From positions 1 through 64,000 of the IMG/VR virus record IMGVR_UViG_3300009868_000002: a DNA stretch of 64,000 bases. One strand, given 5' to 3'. Positions 18,848-28,026 of the stretch are shown here, one piece after another. How positions within the stretch are numbered: position 1 is the first letter of the stretch; every line of letters starts with the position of its first letter. A program made the position numbers and the translations under genes. A model generated the notes under the pieces. The model did no database searches, had not been told where the DNA came from, and saw only the letters and a list, made by a program, of their open reading frames with translations. The stretch comes from a virus. Taxonomy: Duplodnaviria > Caudoviricetes.

Positions 18848-21800
18848 TGAAACGACTTATCATGTTCATATTGGTACTGCTGCCCTTCTTACTTCCTGCA
18901 CAGGAAGCTATCGAGATATTTGGCGGCAGGTTTACTACAACGGCGAGTACTTCCCTGGGAGGCAGCTCCATTCAAGTTTCGGGGGTATTCAAGCACTCCC
19001 GCAATACGTGGAAGGCCGATAGCATACAGGTGGGAGACTGGCTTATTGACTGTGACTGCAACAGTTTCGTTGTAGCATCAATTACCAGCACGCTGGATAA
19101 TAGCATCATTATGACAGTGACGGCGCAGAATGCCGGTGTCACTAAAGTAAAAGCATGCACGGGAGGTATTATACGTCCCTTCGATGACTATATACGATTC
19201 CCCAATGACTTGCCGACACCTATTATCGACTGTATCCTCAACTATAACTATAACGTCGTTCCTGCTCCATTCGAGAGCATTTACGTGTCCAATGATACGA
19301 TGTACTTCATCAATACTGAAGGAGACACGGTATCTGTGTTTAATGAAATTAATATAAGCAACCTGTCAGATGTAGATACTACAGGGATAGAGGCGGGAGA
19401 CATCTTGCAATGGAATGGCACCACGTGGATAGTGGTAAATGCACCGACGTATATCAGCAGTGACAGTATGGCGACACAGCTGGTGTATGCACCAGCACAC
19501 GGCTTGACAGATAGCATTGCATACTATGGATATATTCCTGTAAAGTCTGACTTTACCAGGGCTAATGCTACTAGCGTAGATAGCGCTTTTATCGCATACG
19601 CTATTGATGCCCCACATGTAGACAGCCTGCTACTGATGTTTTCAGGATTCCTGAATTATGTAGTATGGCATGGCAAGGAAATAAACGTGCAGTACTACTT
19701 GCAGGATGATGGGACGGAAGATACTACGCCAGGAACGGTGAGCATCCCTACAGCAATAGCCAGTGACTCGCTAACGCTGCTGCTTCGGGAGGTAGGTAGT
19801 GATATCGCCGGAAGGCTGCGTAGGGTGGCGGTGCCTTCGCCTATGATTACAGCGTTTGGCGGCGACCCCAGGATACCTACAGATAGCGTCATGCAAGCTG
19901 CTATTGAAGGGGTTTACTTACCGGCAGGGATAGCACAGCCAGGGACGATATTTACGTTAAGCTATTCCGGGCAAACCGATAACCCCACTTACATAGAAAC
20001 TTCCCCCAATTCTAATCCACTAACACCAAGTCATGCATGGCTATGGGATGGTGCTTATGCCACCCGCATTACCACTATTGCGACATCGGTGGATTTACAG
20101 GATAGCCTCTTTGGTGGCTTGGGGATTGTACCTCTTATTCCTATTGACGACATCGCCGTGAGTTTGCCGCCTACCGATGAAGAAGTTGCTGTATGGCTGG
20201 ATACCAACTACACGGTAAATAATGTCAGGCTAACAAATGGCACTAATCTTTACTACATAGGCGCTGGTACACGCCAAAGTCCTGACTATATCTGGCAGGT
20301 TGTCGACGATGTAAGCTGGAGTGGTGCTGATACACAATGGGAGAGGATAATCAAGCGTATTCAGTCACCGGGGGTAGCTACAGACACCAGTGGATATAAT
20401 AGGAACTTTTACGTAGCCACTGATTCGTTGTATATAGGAGATGATAATGATACGCTATCTGTTGCGCTATCATTGATAGACGTGGATTTGGCTGCTAACG
20501 GCCTCACGATGTCGGGGGATAGTGTTATTCTTGGTGGCACTTTAAATAAGACTACGTCCTTAGCAACGCTTGGCTATCAGTTAGGCTTATCAGGTGCCCG
20601 TACCACGAATAATCCTGTGTTCTCTGTCACTAATACTGGCTCTGGAGAGGCTGTTTATGCAAGCTCTTCTACAGGTATTGCTGTAAATTCTATAGGTGTA
20701 TATGGTGTAAAAGGGAATGGAAGCGGCTATGGGCTATGGGGAGTATCATCTGGTGGTACTGCAGGATATTTTACCAGCACTTCTGGATATGGGATAGTGG
20801 CAAGCTCTTCGTCGGGACCAGGGGTAGACATACAAACTACTACAGGATTACCTCTTGGCGTATCTCAGCAGCCTGCTACCACTAATACGGTGGCTACGCT
20901 AGTGTATTTGAACAGAAACACCTCCGGGACAGGAGCTCCAGGTATAGGAGGAAGTATCAAGTACTTCAATATGCTGAGGACATTAGGCAGAGAGTCGGCA
21001 AGTCTTGAGGCTGTAATTACCGACAGCACCTATGCTACCTATTCATCCCGGTTCGGGATACATACGGCATATAACGGGACGGTGTCCAGGAAGTTTAATA
21101 TTGCCGGAACTGGCCAGCTCACCCTCGACGGTTACGCCGCCAATGCCCTGAACAACCCCGACTCCGTTCTCTACGTTACGGGCGTGGATGCGACGGGGGA
21201 TATGTACACGATAAGCGTGGATAGCCTAGCCGGCGGTGGCACGGTAAATAATAATTATTACTCCATAACAAAATCCCAAGCCGACAGCCTTGTGACCGGT
21301 AGCCTCGTGCAGCCGGGTGCTGTTTACCGCATTAGCGATTGCAGCCCTGACCATTACGGGGGAACGGACTTATTTTTGATGGGTACGACCGTCGACGCTT
21401 TCTCGCAGGACGGGGCCGGGGTATTCTACACTCCGAAGTACGACCAGGCAAAAACCGGGTTTGGTATCTGGCAGGAGGATAGCACCTATATCGCAGGAGA
21501 TACCGTCTTTTGGGGTGGTTATGCGTGGATTAATCAGACAGGTGATGTAGGGAGCGCTGACGATATATTGAATCTCGGAGCAACTGACTGGACCGCAATA
21601 CCGTTCGATTCGATAACCTATAATGTATGGCTTGACGAGGTTAGTTACGATTACGCTAACGACTGGATTTCACGCCGTTACAACGCACAGGCGGGTATTG
21701 AGGTAAGTATGCCCTATGGATTGGATTTCTTGTGGAATGGCGCCGAAGGATGGTTCCCGTCTATTTCTGTAATGCAATGGGGTAATGGAAGTACCGGAAA

Positions 21801-23262
21801 TTTAGTAGGGGTATTTTCCCAAAAAATAACGGATTCGTATAACGAGAATATCAATTTTCGGGGGTCGTATCAGTTCAACCTCATCTTCGATAATGGGTCG
21901 TATCAGTCCTACTTCACCTTTAATAATGGGTCGGGTCAGTCCAACCTCACCTTCGATAATGGGTCGTATCAGTCCAACCTCACCTTCGATAATGAGTCGT
22001 ATCAGACCCAGCTCACCTTCGATAATGGGTCGTATCAGTCCTACTTCACCTTTAATAATGGGTCGGGTCAGTCCGACCTCACCTTTGATAATGGGTCGGG
22101 TCAGACCTACTTCACCTTCAATAACGGTGCGGGTCAGTTCAACCTCACCTTCGATAATAGTGCGGGTCAGTCCAACCTCACTGCAACAACAGATGGGATG
22201 CAAAGTACCCTACATTATATTTCCTATCAGAGCGACCGCACCGGCGACACACTGGCCGTGACAGAGGAAGGTATTTATATTAATGCCAATGCGACAGTAC
22301 AATACCCAAATATTACAGAGGATAATGCCCCTGAATATGTCGCGGTATTTGATGCCGATTTAGGACTGCACTATATCGCGCCGGATAGCCTGGCCGGGGG
22401 CGGCGCTGCGGACGGGAACGGGATGTTCGACGCGGCAAACGAAGGGGATACGATTAGGGTTTCCGAGGCACTGGTTGAGTCCACCACCTTTAGGATACAG
22501 CACGAGGGGTATTTTCGGATTAGGAGCAATGGCGGGAATGCAAGTTTTTCCGCCGAAATGGGCGGATACGATAATCAAATAGCCGGATTTTCGGCGCTCG
22601 TAGATAGCACGGTATCCGCCGAGTCGTCTATGTCGGCCTATGGAAAAAATAACGGGAATTTTTCAGCAATCCGCGTTGATACAATTTCTACAAGAATTAA
22701 CGGAAACGGTGTCAGCGCATACAGTTATCACTTTCCTATTCACCAACCGGCAGTATCCCCCGGCGATACATCGGTAATGGTGTTTTTGCACGATAGCACG
22801 TCTGTTTTTATTGACAAGGCGCTTTTTGGCGGCGGCGCAGACACCGACGATCAAACCCTTTCCACTTCCCGCGACACGGTGACAATCAGCGACGGCAACT
22901 CCGTGCGAACGCCGGGCAACGGATTCCTGCGCGATTCGGTCACGGGCGCAACACTGACGGTGGACCTGAAGTACTACAATAACGCGGTGGTGGTCCTGAA
23001 AATGGAGAGCGCAACGTCTGTGACGCTGACCATCAACAACCCCTGGGGGAACACGGCAGTCGACGCGACCTACCCCACTTTCGAGGGACAGACCGGGGTG
23101 TACACTTTCCATTTCTTAGGTACGTCGGGAACGGATAACGTCACATGGCCCGCCACCTTCCTTGACATGGGAGGGACGGCACTGGGAACAGACGCGATAA
23201 CGGCAGGGACGTGTTATACCTGTTATTACGACCCCGTAGGGGCAAAATATTACTGCAAATGA
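18847..23262 (+). CDS. Large mosaic tail-fibre/adhesin-like protein with N-terminal signal peptide
   Basis: MKRLIMFILVLLPFLLPA|Q; fibre motif ISNLSDVD...GDILQWNGTTW; G/S/T-rich beta-repeats; C-terminal VTWPATF module. Confidence 0.75.
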   Translation: MKRLIMFILVLLPFLLPAQEAIEIFGGRFTTTASTSLGGSSIQVSGVFKHSRNTWKADSIQVGDWLIDCDCNSFVVASITSTLDNSIIMTVTAQNAGVTKVKACTGGIIRPFDDYIRFPNDLPTPIIDCILNYNYNVVPAPFESIYVSNDTMYFINTEGDTVSVFNEINISNLSDVDTTGIEAGDILQWNGTTWIVVNAPTYISSDSMATQLVYAPAHGLTDSIAYYGYIPVKSDFTRANATSVDSAFIAYAIDAPHVDSLLLMFSGFLNYVVWHGKEINVQYYLQDDGTEDTTPGTVSIPTAIASDSLTLLLREVGSDIAGRLRRVAVPSPMITAFGGDPRIPTDSVMQAAIEGVYLPAGIAQPGTIFTLSYSGQTDNPTYIETSPNSNPLTPSHAWLWDGAYATRITTIATSVDLQDSLFGGLGIVPLIPIDDIAVSLPPTDEEVAVWLDTNYTVNNVRLTNGTNLYYIGAGTRQSPDYIWQVVDDVSWSGADTQWERIIKRIQSPGVATDTSGYNRNFYVATDSLYIGDDNDTLSVALSLIDVDLAANGLTMSGDSVILGGTLNKTTSLATLGYQLGLSGARTTNNPVFSVTNTGSGEAVYASSSTGIAVNSIGVYGVKGNGSGYGLWGVSSGGTAGYFTSTSGYGIVASSSSGPGVDIQTTTGLPLGVSQQPATTNTVATLVYLNRNTSGTGAPGIGGSIKYFNMLRTLGRESASLEAVITDSTYATYSSRFGIHTAYNGTVSRKFNIAGTGQLTLDGYAANALNNPDSVLYVTGVDATGDMYTISVDSLAGGGTVNNNYYSITKSQADSLVTGSLVQPGAVYRISDCSPDHYGGTDLFLMGTTVDAFSQDGAGVFYTPKYDQAKTGFGIWQEDSTYIAGDTVFWGGYAWINQTGDVGSADDILNLGATDWTAIPFDSITYNVWLDEVSYDYANDWISRRYNAQAGIEVSMPYGLDFLWNGAEGWFPSISVMQWGNGSTGNLVGVFSQKITDSYNENINFRGSYQFNLIFDNGSYQSYFTFNNGSGQSNLTFDNGSYQSNLTFDNESYQTQLTFDNGSYQSYFTFNNGSGQSDLTFDNGSGQTYFTFNNGAGQFNLTFDNSAGQSNLTATTDGMQSTLHYISYQSDRTGDTLAVTEEGIYINANATVQYPNITEDNAPEYVAVFDADLGLHYIAPDSLAGGGAADGNGMFDAANEGDTIRVSEALVESTTFRIQHEGYFRIRSNGGNASFSAEMGGYDNQIAGFSALVDSTVSAESSMSAYGKNNGNFSAIRVDTISTRINGNGVSAYSYHFPIHQPAVSPGDTSVMVFLHDSTSVFIDKALFGGGADTDDQTLSTSRDTVTISDGNSVRTPGNGFLRDSVTGATLTVDLKYYNNAVVVLKMESATSVTLTINNPWGNTAVDATYPTFEGQTGVYTFHFLGTSGTDNVTWPATFLDMGGTALGTDAITAGTCYTCYYDPVGAKYYCK
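21862..22182 (+). repeat. Coding tandem repeat, 33-bp unit, nine full copies plus one partial
   Basis: Units such as gggtcgtatcagtccaacctcaccttcgataat (GSYQSNLTFDN). Confidence 0.9.
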
Positions 23263-24041
23263 TGAAACGGGCAGCAATTATATTATCTCTCATCCTGGGG
23301 CATCTGTGGCCCTCACAGGCGCAAGTTTCGATGCTGGTCGGGCCGGATAGCCTTAGTTACATCACCTCGCCCCTCGATTTAGGAGACAGCCTTTCATTTT
23401 GGCTGCTTGGAGAATATACTGAAGAAGGAAGCGGCGACCCGGCAGAAAATAATGATAGAGTTTCTTCGTGGCTTGATCAGTCAGGGAATAGCAATCATTT
23501 TACACAAGCTACTGCGGACTTAAAACCTACTTATTTAACGAATCAAATTAATGGCTACCCGGTAGTTTACTTTCAATATGCCAGAAGACTAACAAATATA
23601 TCTCTTAGTCCAAGCATTTACACCGGATGTATTTTTATGGTAGTATATCTAAATCAAGACACCACGACAAACAGAGATTTTATTGAGCGTGGCAATAGAC
23701 CTAGAATAGCGACAAATTCCTCGGAACAGGTATTTTATTTCTCTACGTCGGGAACCAGGACGGCTTCGGGATATGGCAGTATTAACGGAAAATGGGTTCT
23801 TATCGAGGGATGGAACGAAACTTCCACTACAATGGATATAAATATTGATGGGAGTAACTATGTAAATGACGGGGGTAAAACAGCTACAGAATATTGGAAT
23901 ACCACGTCATCAAATATTGAGATTGGGGACGATAATTCATCTACTTTTTATTGCGCCGAGGTGATTGGAGTGTGTTCCCCGTCCTCTGCTCAAGTCCAAG
24001 CCATTCGCAATTACCTCAACAAAAAATACGACTTGTATTAA
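23259..24041 (+). CDS. Secreted LamG/ConA-like jelly-roll protein
   Basis: Signal peptide ...WPSQA|Q; VSSWLDQSGNSNH.TQ, INGYPVVYF, IRNYLNKKY. Confidence 0.7.
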   Translation: MMKRAAIILSLILGHLWPSQAQVSMLVGPDSLSYITSPLDLGDSLSFWLLGEYTEEGSGDPAENNDRVSSWLDQSGNSNHFTQATADLKPTYLTNQINGYPVVYFQYARRLTNISLSPSIYTGCIFMVVYLNQDTTTNRDFIERGNRPRIATNSSEQVFYFSTSGTRTASGYGSINGKWVLIEGWNETSTTMDINIDGSNYVNDGGKTATEYWNTTSSNIEIGDDNSSTFYCAEVIGVCSPSSAQVQAIRNYLNKKYDLY

Positions 24042-24051
24042 ATAATTCGAT

Positions 24052-24750
24052 ATGAAAAAAATAACTGTAAAAAAAATCCAATCAGGTAACGGTTATATTG
24101 CAAGTGCCGACGGACTTGGTGCTGTAAAGTATGGCGACACAAAGAAAGAAGCTAAAAGCAAATTTAAAGTCTTCCTAAAAAAAATAGGATTCCTTTTCCT
24201 CATCCTGCCTGCAATCGTTCAGGGGCAAAACTACCTTTTCGAGATTACCCCGACGGCGGGGGAATTTCGGGTATTAATCACCGATGACACGCGGGAGGCA
24301 TACCCCAGGGACATTACTGACTTCGGGCTGGTGGACACGGCAACCCTGCAACTGCTCGCACACCAACGAATCGAACAGGCGAAGAGCAGGCAGTCCAGTT
24401 TGTTGGCGCAATCCTTCCTTGCCGCCCTGAACGCGGAGCAAACCGCATCAGGGGTTGGGGCGGTGGTGCCGATAGATTATGCGGCCTTCGCTGCGGCGCA
24501 ATGGGCAACGGCTTACGACGGGAATTACCAATACCAAGTACGGGGAACGGCAACCAATTTCGGGGTGTACATCGACGGTGCGGAGCTGCGCAGAACGTCG
24601 AACAACAACCTCCTGGCAACGATTACCCCGCAAAGCGCGAATTGGTTCACCGCAACGAATGGCGGTGTTCCGGTGCAACTGTATCAGGCTGGCAATATTT
24701 GGGTGGGACGAAACGCGAATAACCAAATAGTAACGCTTAAGCGATTATAG
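24052..24750 (+). CDS. Protein with HicB-like N-terminal segment, internal signal/TM segment and passenger domain
   Basis: GYIASADGLGAVKYGDTKKEAK then KKIGFLFLILPAIVQG|Q. Confidence 0.55.
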   Translation: MKKITVKKIQSGNGYIASADGLGAVKYGDTKKEAKSKFKVFLKKIGFLFLILPAIVQGQNYLFEITPTAGEFRVLITDDTREAYPRDITDFGLVDTATLQLLAHQRIEQAKSRQSSLLAQSFLAALNAEQTASGVGAVVPIDYAAFAAAQWATAYDGNYQYQVRGTATNFGVYIDGAELRRTSNNNLLATITPQSANWFTATNGGVPVQLYQAGNIWVGRNANNQIVTLKRL

Positions 24751-24751
24751 T

Positions 24752-26131
24752 ATGCCTGAAAGGCCAACACCATATACGCAGCACGTTAAGGTAAATGTCG
24801 CTAACCAGACGGAGCCTGTAGAAGTGCTCGTTACTGGGCAGCCAGTAGCTATATCGGTGGAACAGCCTGTATCAGTAGAAGTAGGCCAGCCTGTTGCCGT
24901 TACTATTACGGAGCCGCTTTCTATAACAGAAAGTGCTCCTGTACTTTCAGATATCAACTTTGATGCTTTTGGCAGGCTACGAGTATCTAATCCGACATCA
25001 TTATTCGATGCACAGCTTACTTACAATCTCTCTCCGCTGCTCTATGAAGCTATAACTGCAGAATCTGGGGCAGCAGTAGCACACGATGCTACTAATCGTA
25101 TGGCGCTGATGACACTGGCAAGTGCTCCTAATGGCGGCAAAGCATATATGCAGACATACGAATACTTTCGGTACCAGCCAGGGAAAGGTAATCTGTGCTT
25201 TATTACCTTCAACATGAAGGGAGGTGTAGCTAACGTACAGAAGTTTGCAGGGTATAGTGATGGCGCTAATGGTATAGAATTCCTGATGAATGGCACTACT
25301 CCTTCTATAAGGATACTATCCGATACAGGAGTAGGTGATGTTGTTGTAGCACAGGAAAGTTGGAATCTGGATACTATGGATGGCAATGGGCCCAGTGGTA
25401 TCCTGCTGGACTTTACCAAAACACAGATACTTGCCTTAGACTTTCAAGCTCTCTATGTAGGAAGGGTAAGGATAGGATTTGATGTCAGCGGTATGCTATA
25501 TTACGTGCATGAATTCAATCACGCCAACGATGAAATAGCGCCCTACATTCAAAGTGCCAACCTACCGATACGCTGTGGCATGACGTGCACAGATACAGCA
25601 AGTACGACGATGAACTTCATCTGCTGCTCTGTTATTAGTGAGGGAGGGCAGGAAGATAACCTGGGATTTCTGTTTTCAGCAGAAGGCACTGCAACAGCAG
25701 GAAATGGCGCTGATACCCATATCTTATCCATTCAGCCTAAGACGACGTTCAATAGCATTACCAACCGTATCAAGATGGTATTGGAGAGTGTCGACATCAT
25801 CGTTACAGGAAACAGCCCCGTACTATGGAAGCTGTGCCTGGGGCAGGCGCTGACGTCTATTAGTCTAACGGATGTCAATGCCACTTACTCCGGCATGCAG
25901 ACAGTGGCGGGAACGCTGTCGAGCACTCCCGCTATCATTGTAGCGCAGGGATACGTAGGAGCCACTGCAACAACAAAGCAGGCTATCAGCAAGCCTACAG
26001 CGGTAAAATATCCAATCACTCTCGATGCCGCCGGTGCAGCAAGGGATTTGGGAAGGATTACAGTGCTGGTGCAGGGAATTGGAGGGAACTCGGCGACGCG
26101 CTGTGTGCTAAACTGGAAAGAAATACGTTAA
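24752..26131 (+). CDS. Virion structural protein (fibre/spike, lectin-like)
   Basis: N-terminal QPV repeats, DAFGRLRVS motif, FRYQPGK, C-terminal LNWKE. Confidence 0.65.
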   Translation: MPERPTPYTQHVKVNVANQTEPVEVLVTGQPVAISVEQPVSVEVGQPVAVTITEPLSITESAPVLSDINFDAFGRLRVSNPTSLFDAQLTYNLSPLLYEAITAESGAAVAHDATNRMALMTLASAPNGGKAYMQTYEYFRYQPGKGNLCFITFNMKGGVANVQKFAGYSDGANGIEFLMNGTTPSIRILSDTGVGDVVVAQESWNLDTMDGNGPSGILLDFTKTQILALDFQALYVGRVRIGFDVSGMLYYVHEFNHANDEIAPYIQSANLPIRCGMTCTDTASTTMNFICCSVISEGGQEDNLGFLFSAEGTATAGNGADTHILSIQPKTTFNSITNRIKMVLESVDIIVTGNSPVLWKLCLGQALTSISLTDVNATYSGMQTVAGTLSSTPAIIVAQGYVGATATTKQAISKPTAVKYPITLDAAGAARDLGRITVLVQGIGGNSATRCVLNWKEIR

Positions 26132-26147
26132 CTAAACTATAGATACA

Positions 26148-26252
26148 ATGATACTGCAAATCTTGTTTTATGCCTTATGTGGAGCATTAGTTATTACCGC
26201 CATCGTCGTCTTTACGACTAAGGGATGGCCTGAAGAGCAAACACGTAAATAA
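26148..26252 (+). CDS. Small single-TM peptide (34 aa)
   Basis: MILQILFYALCGALVITAIVVFTTKGWPEEQTRK; stop overlaps next ATG; below the ORF track cut-off. Confidence 0.5.
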   Translation: MILQILFYALCGALVITAIVVFTTKGWPEEQTRK

Positions 26253-26800
26253 TGAAGCTCATTTGTTACAAGGGAATGCACGACTTCTATATCAGTGGGA
26301 TACTACCGCAGGTACCCCGCTTCTGGAAGTCCAAAAAGCTACTCATCTGGGAGGTGGTATTTACTAATGCAAGTAGATATACCCTCTTGGGAGAAGAGTG
26401 GCGCGACTGGAATAAAGGAGGGGGACAGACGTTTCACTTCTTTAACCACTTTATCGACTCTGCGATGTGGGCATGGCGCTATAATCCATATACAGGATTA
26501 TGGGATTATGGTGCCTATTGCCATGTAGATAACCAGGTAGTGAAGGGTACCGCTAAGACAAAGGATGCCGACAAGGAAATACTGCTTAGTGTGCCAACGA
26601 AGGTGAAGACTATAATCTACCTGGATACAGACTTTGACGCCAAGAAATACCACTTTACTTTCGATGGCCCTGGTAAAGTAGCGCAGTGCAGCATAAACTT
26701 TACGCATGAAAACAGGTGTGCTAAGGAAATAACCGCTAACTTTGGGGGAGACAACCGCGCCCCTAGCAAGATTATCGTAGACATTAAACCAACCTACTAA
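26252..26800 (+). CDS. Hypothetical beta-rich protein
   Basis: 182-aa ORF; DWNK, WAWRY, NFGGDN.AP. Confidence 0.6.
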   Translation: MKLICYKGMHDFYISGILPQVPRFWKSKKLLIWEVVFTNASRYTLLGEEWRDWNKGGGQTFHFFNHFIDSAMWAWRYNPYTGLWDYGAYCHVDNQVVKGTAKTKDADKEILLSVPTKVKTIIYLDTDFDAKKYHFTFDGPGKVAQCSINFTHENRCAKEITANFGGDNRAPSKIIVDIKPTY

Positions 26801-27285
26801 TGAAAAGGCTTCAATCGCTTAACTTCTCGGCTAGCGTAGCAACGATTTTGCTTATGGCCGTAAAGCTTATCTTCGACTTCTTCAATGTCCAGGGTGTAGA
26901 TACTACGCTGGACCCACAGCAGGTAGCCGATGGCATCCTCTCCAAAAACTGGGAGTTTATCAGCCAAGTCGCTATCCCTGGTGTATGGGTGATGATTCTA
27001 AAGCTCGTCACCAACATCAAGAACGGTACCTTTAGCTGGAGTGCTTTGTGGTCGTCACCTAACTTTCTGACGGCAGCTATTACGCTGGTTATCGTTATCC
27101 TCAACGGTGTAGGCTTCGCTATCGCCGAAACGGCGGCACCGGAAATCGCCGAAGCTATCGCATCGGGGAGCTTTGCCAGCATCATCGTCGCCATCCTGAT
27201 TAACATCGCCAACCCACTGTGGCACTTTATTCAGGACTGGCTCGCCAAGATTAAGGAAAACAAAGCTAAAACCGTAAACGGATGA
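26800..27285 (+). CDS. Four-TM membrane protein with internal duplication (holin-like)
   Basis: LQSLNFSASVATILL and LWSSPNFLTAAITLVI halves. Confidence 0.6.
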   Translation: MKRLQSLNFSASVATILLMAVKLIFDFFNVQGVDTTLDPQQVADGILSKNWEFISQVAIPGVWVMILKLVTNIKNGTFSWSALWSSPNFLTAAITLVIVILNGVGFAIAETAAPEIAEAIASGSFASIIVAILINIANPLWHFIQDWLAKIKENKAKTVNG

Positions 27286-27758
27286 CACTTACTCCTTCAG
27301 CATGTGACTACATGATTATAGCATCCGATGTATTGGATGACTATATAACCACTCCTGCTGACTATACCAGCGTAACGGTAAGCGGTACCTTTAATCAGGG
27401 TACCGCTTTCAGCTATGAATTGGGTACGCTGGATACTACAGGAGAGGTGCGCACGTATTCGGGGGAGGAGAGAATCTACCCCGAGTTTTATGAGCTGGCT
27501 ACATTTGCCAATGGCGTATACAGCGTTACTATCGTAGCGGTAAAAGAAGATGATACTACCGTTACGGAGCAGGGCTGTGTCTTCATGGACTGCGACGTTA
27601 AGTGCGATGTGGAGACTATCGAGCAGATGGTACTGCATTATGCACTTACCAATGCCAATGGATGTACGTGCGATTGCGCCAAGATGTATACGGTATATGA
27701 AGCGCTATTAAGTAAGATTTCAACGGGAACAAGCAATGAGTCAGATTGCGGATGCTAA
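27282..27758 (+). CDS. Cys-rich structural protein
   Basis: NGVYSV, CVFMDCDVKC, CTCDC, C-terminal DCGC. Confidence 0.55.
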   Translation: MTLTPSACDYMIIASDVLDDYITTPADYTSVTVSGTFNQGTAFSYELGTLDTTGEVRTYSGEERIYPEFYELATFANGVYSVTIVAVKEDDTTVTEQGCVFMDCDVKCDVETIEQMVLHYALTNANGCTCDCAKMYTVYEALLSKISTGTSNESDCGC

Positions 27759-28026
27759 CTGTGTAATATTGGAGCTTGCCTATCTGGAGGCACTGGATAT
27801 ACTTTATGCTATGAAGTGTAACAGCACTGAAGATTTACGCAAGCTGGTGCTGTGGCACTATCGTGATGCAGGAGACTGTGCAACTATCGATGAAGAGTGC
27901 TGCATCGCCAACATACTACATAAATACAGCTATACCGCTGAAGACTGTAGTTCGACGGCAAATTGCGTTTCCAACATAACGATTGAACCCGACTATTGTG
28001 GCGACATAACTATAGAGATGCTATGA
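27736..28026 (+). CDS. Small Cys-rich protein
   Basis: 96 aa with 8 Cys. Confidence 0.55.
   Translation: MSQIADANCVILELAYLEALDILYAMKCNSTEDLRKLVLWHYRDAGDCATIDEECCIANILHKYSYTAEDCSSTANCVSNITIEPDYCGDITIEML

Noticed and set aside
21862-22182. 33-bp repeats as a CRISPR array or DGR template
   Set aside because: Head-to-tail in-frame coding repeats without spacers; no cas or reverse transcriptase gene in the window.
17914-27285. Complete lysis cassette
   Set aside because: Holin-like genes are present but I could not recognise an endolysin; it may lie outside the window.
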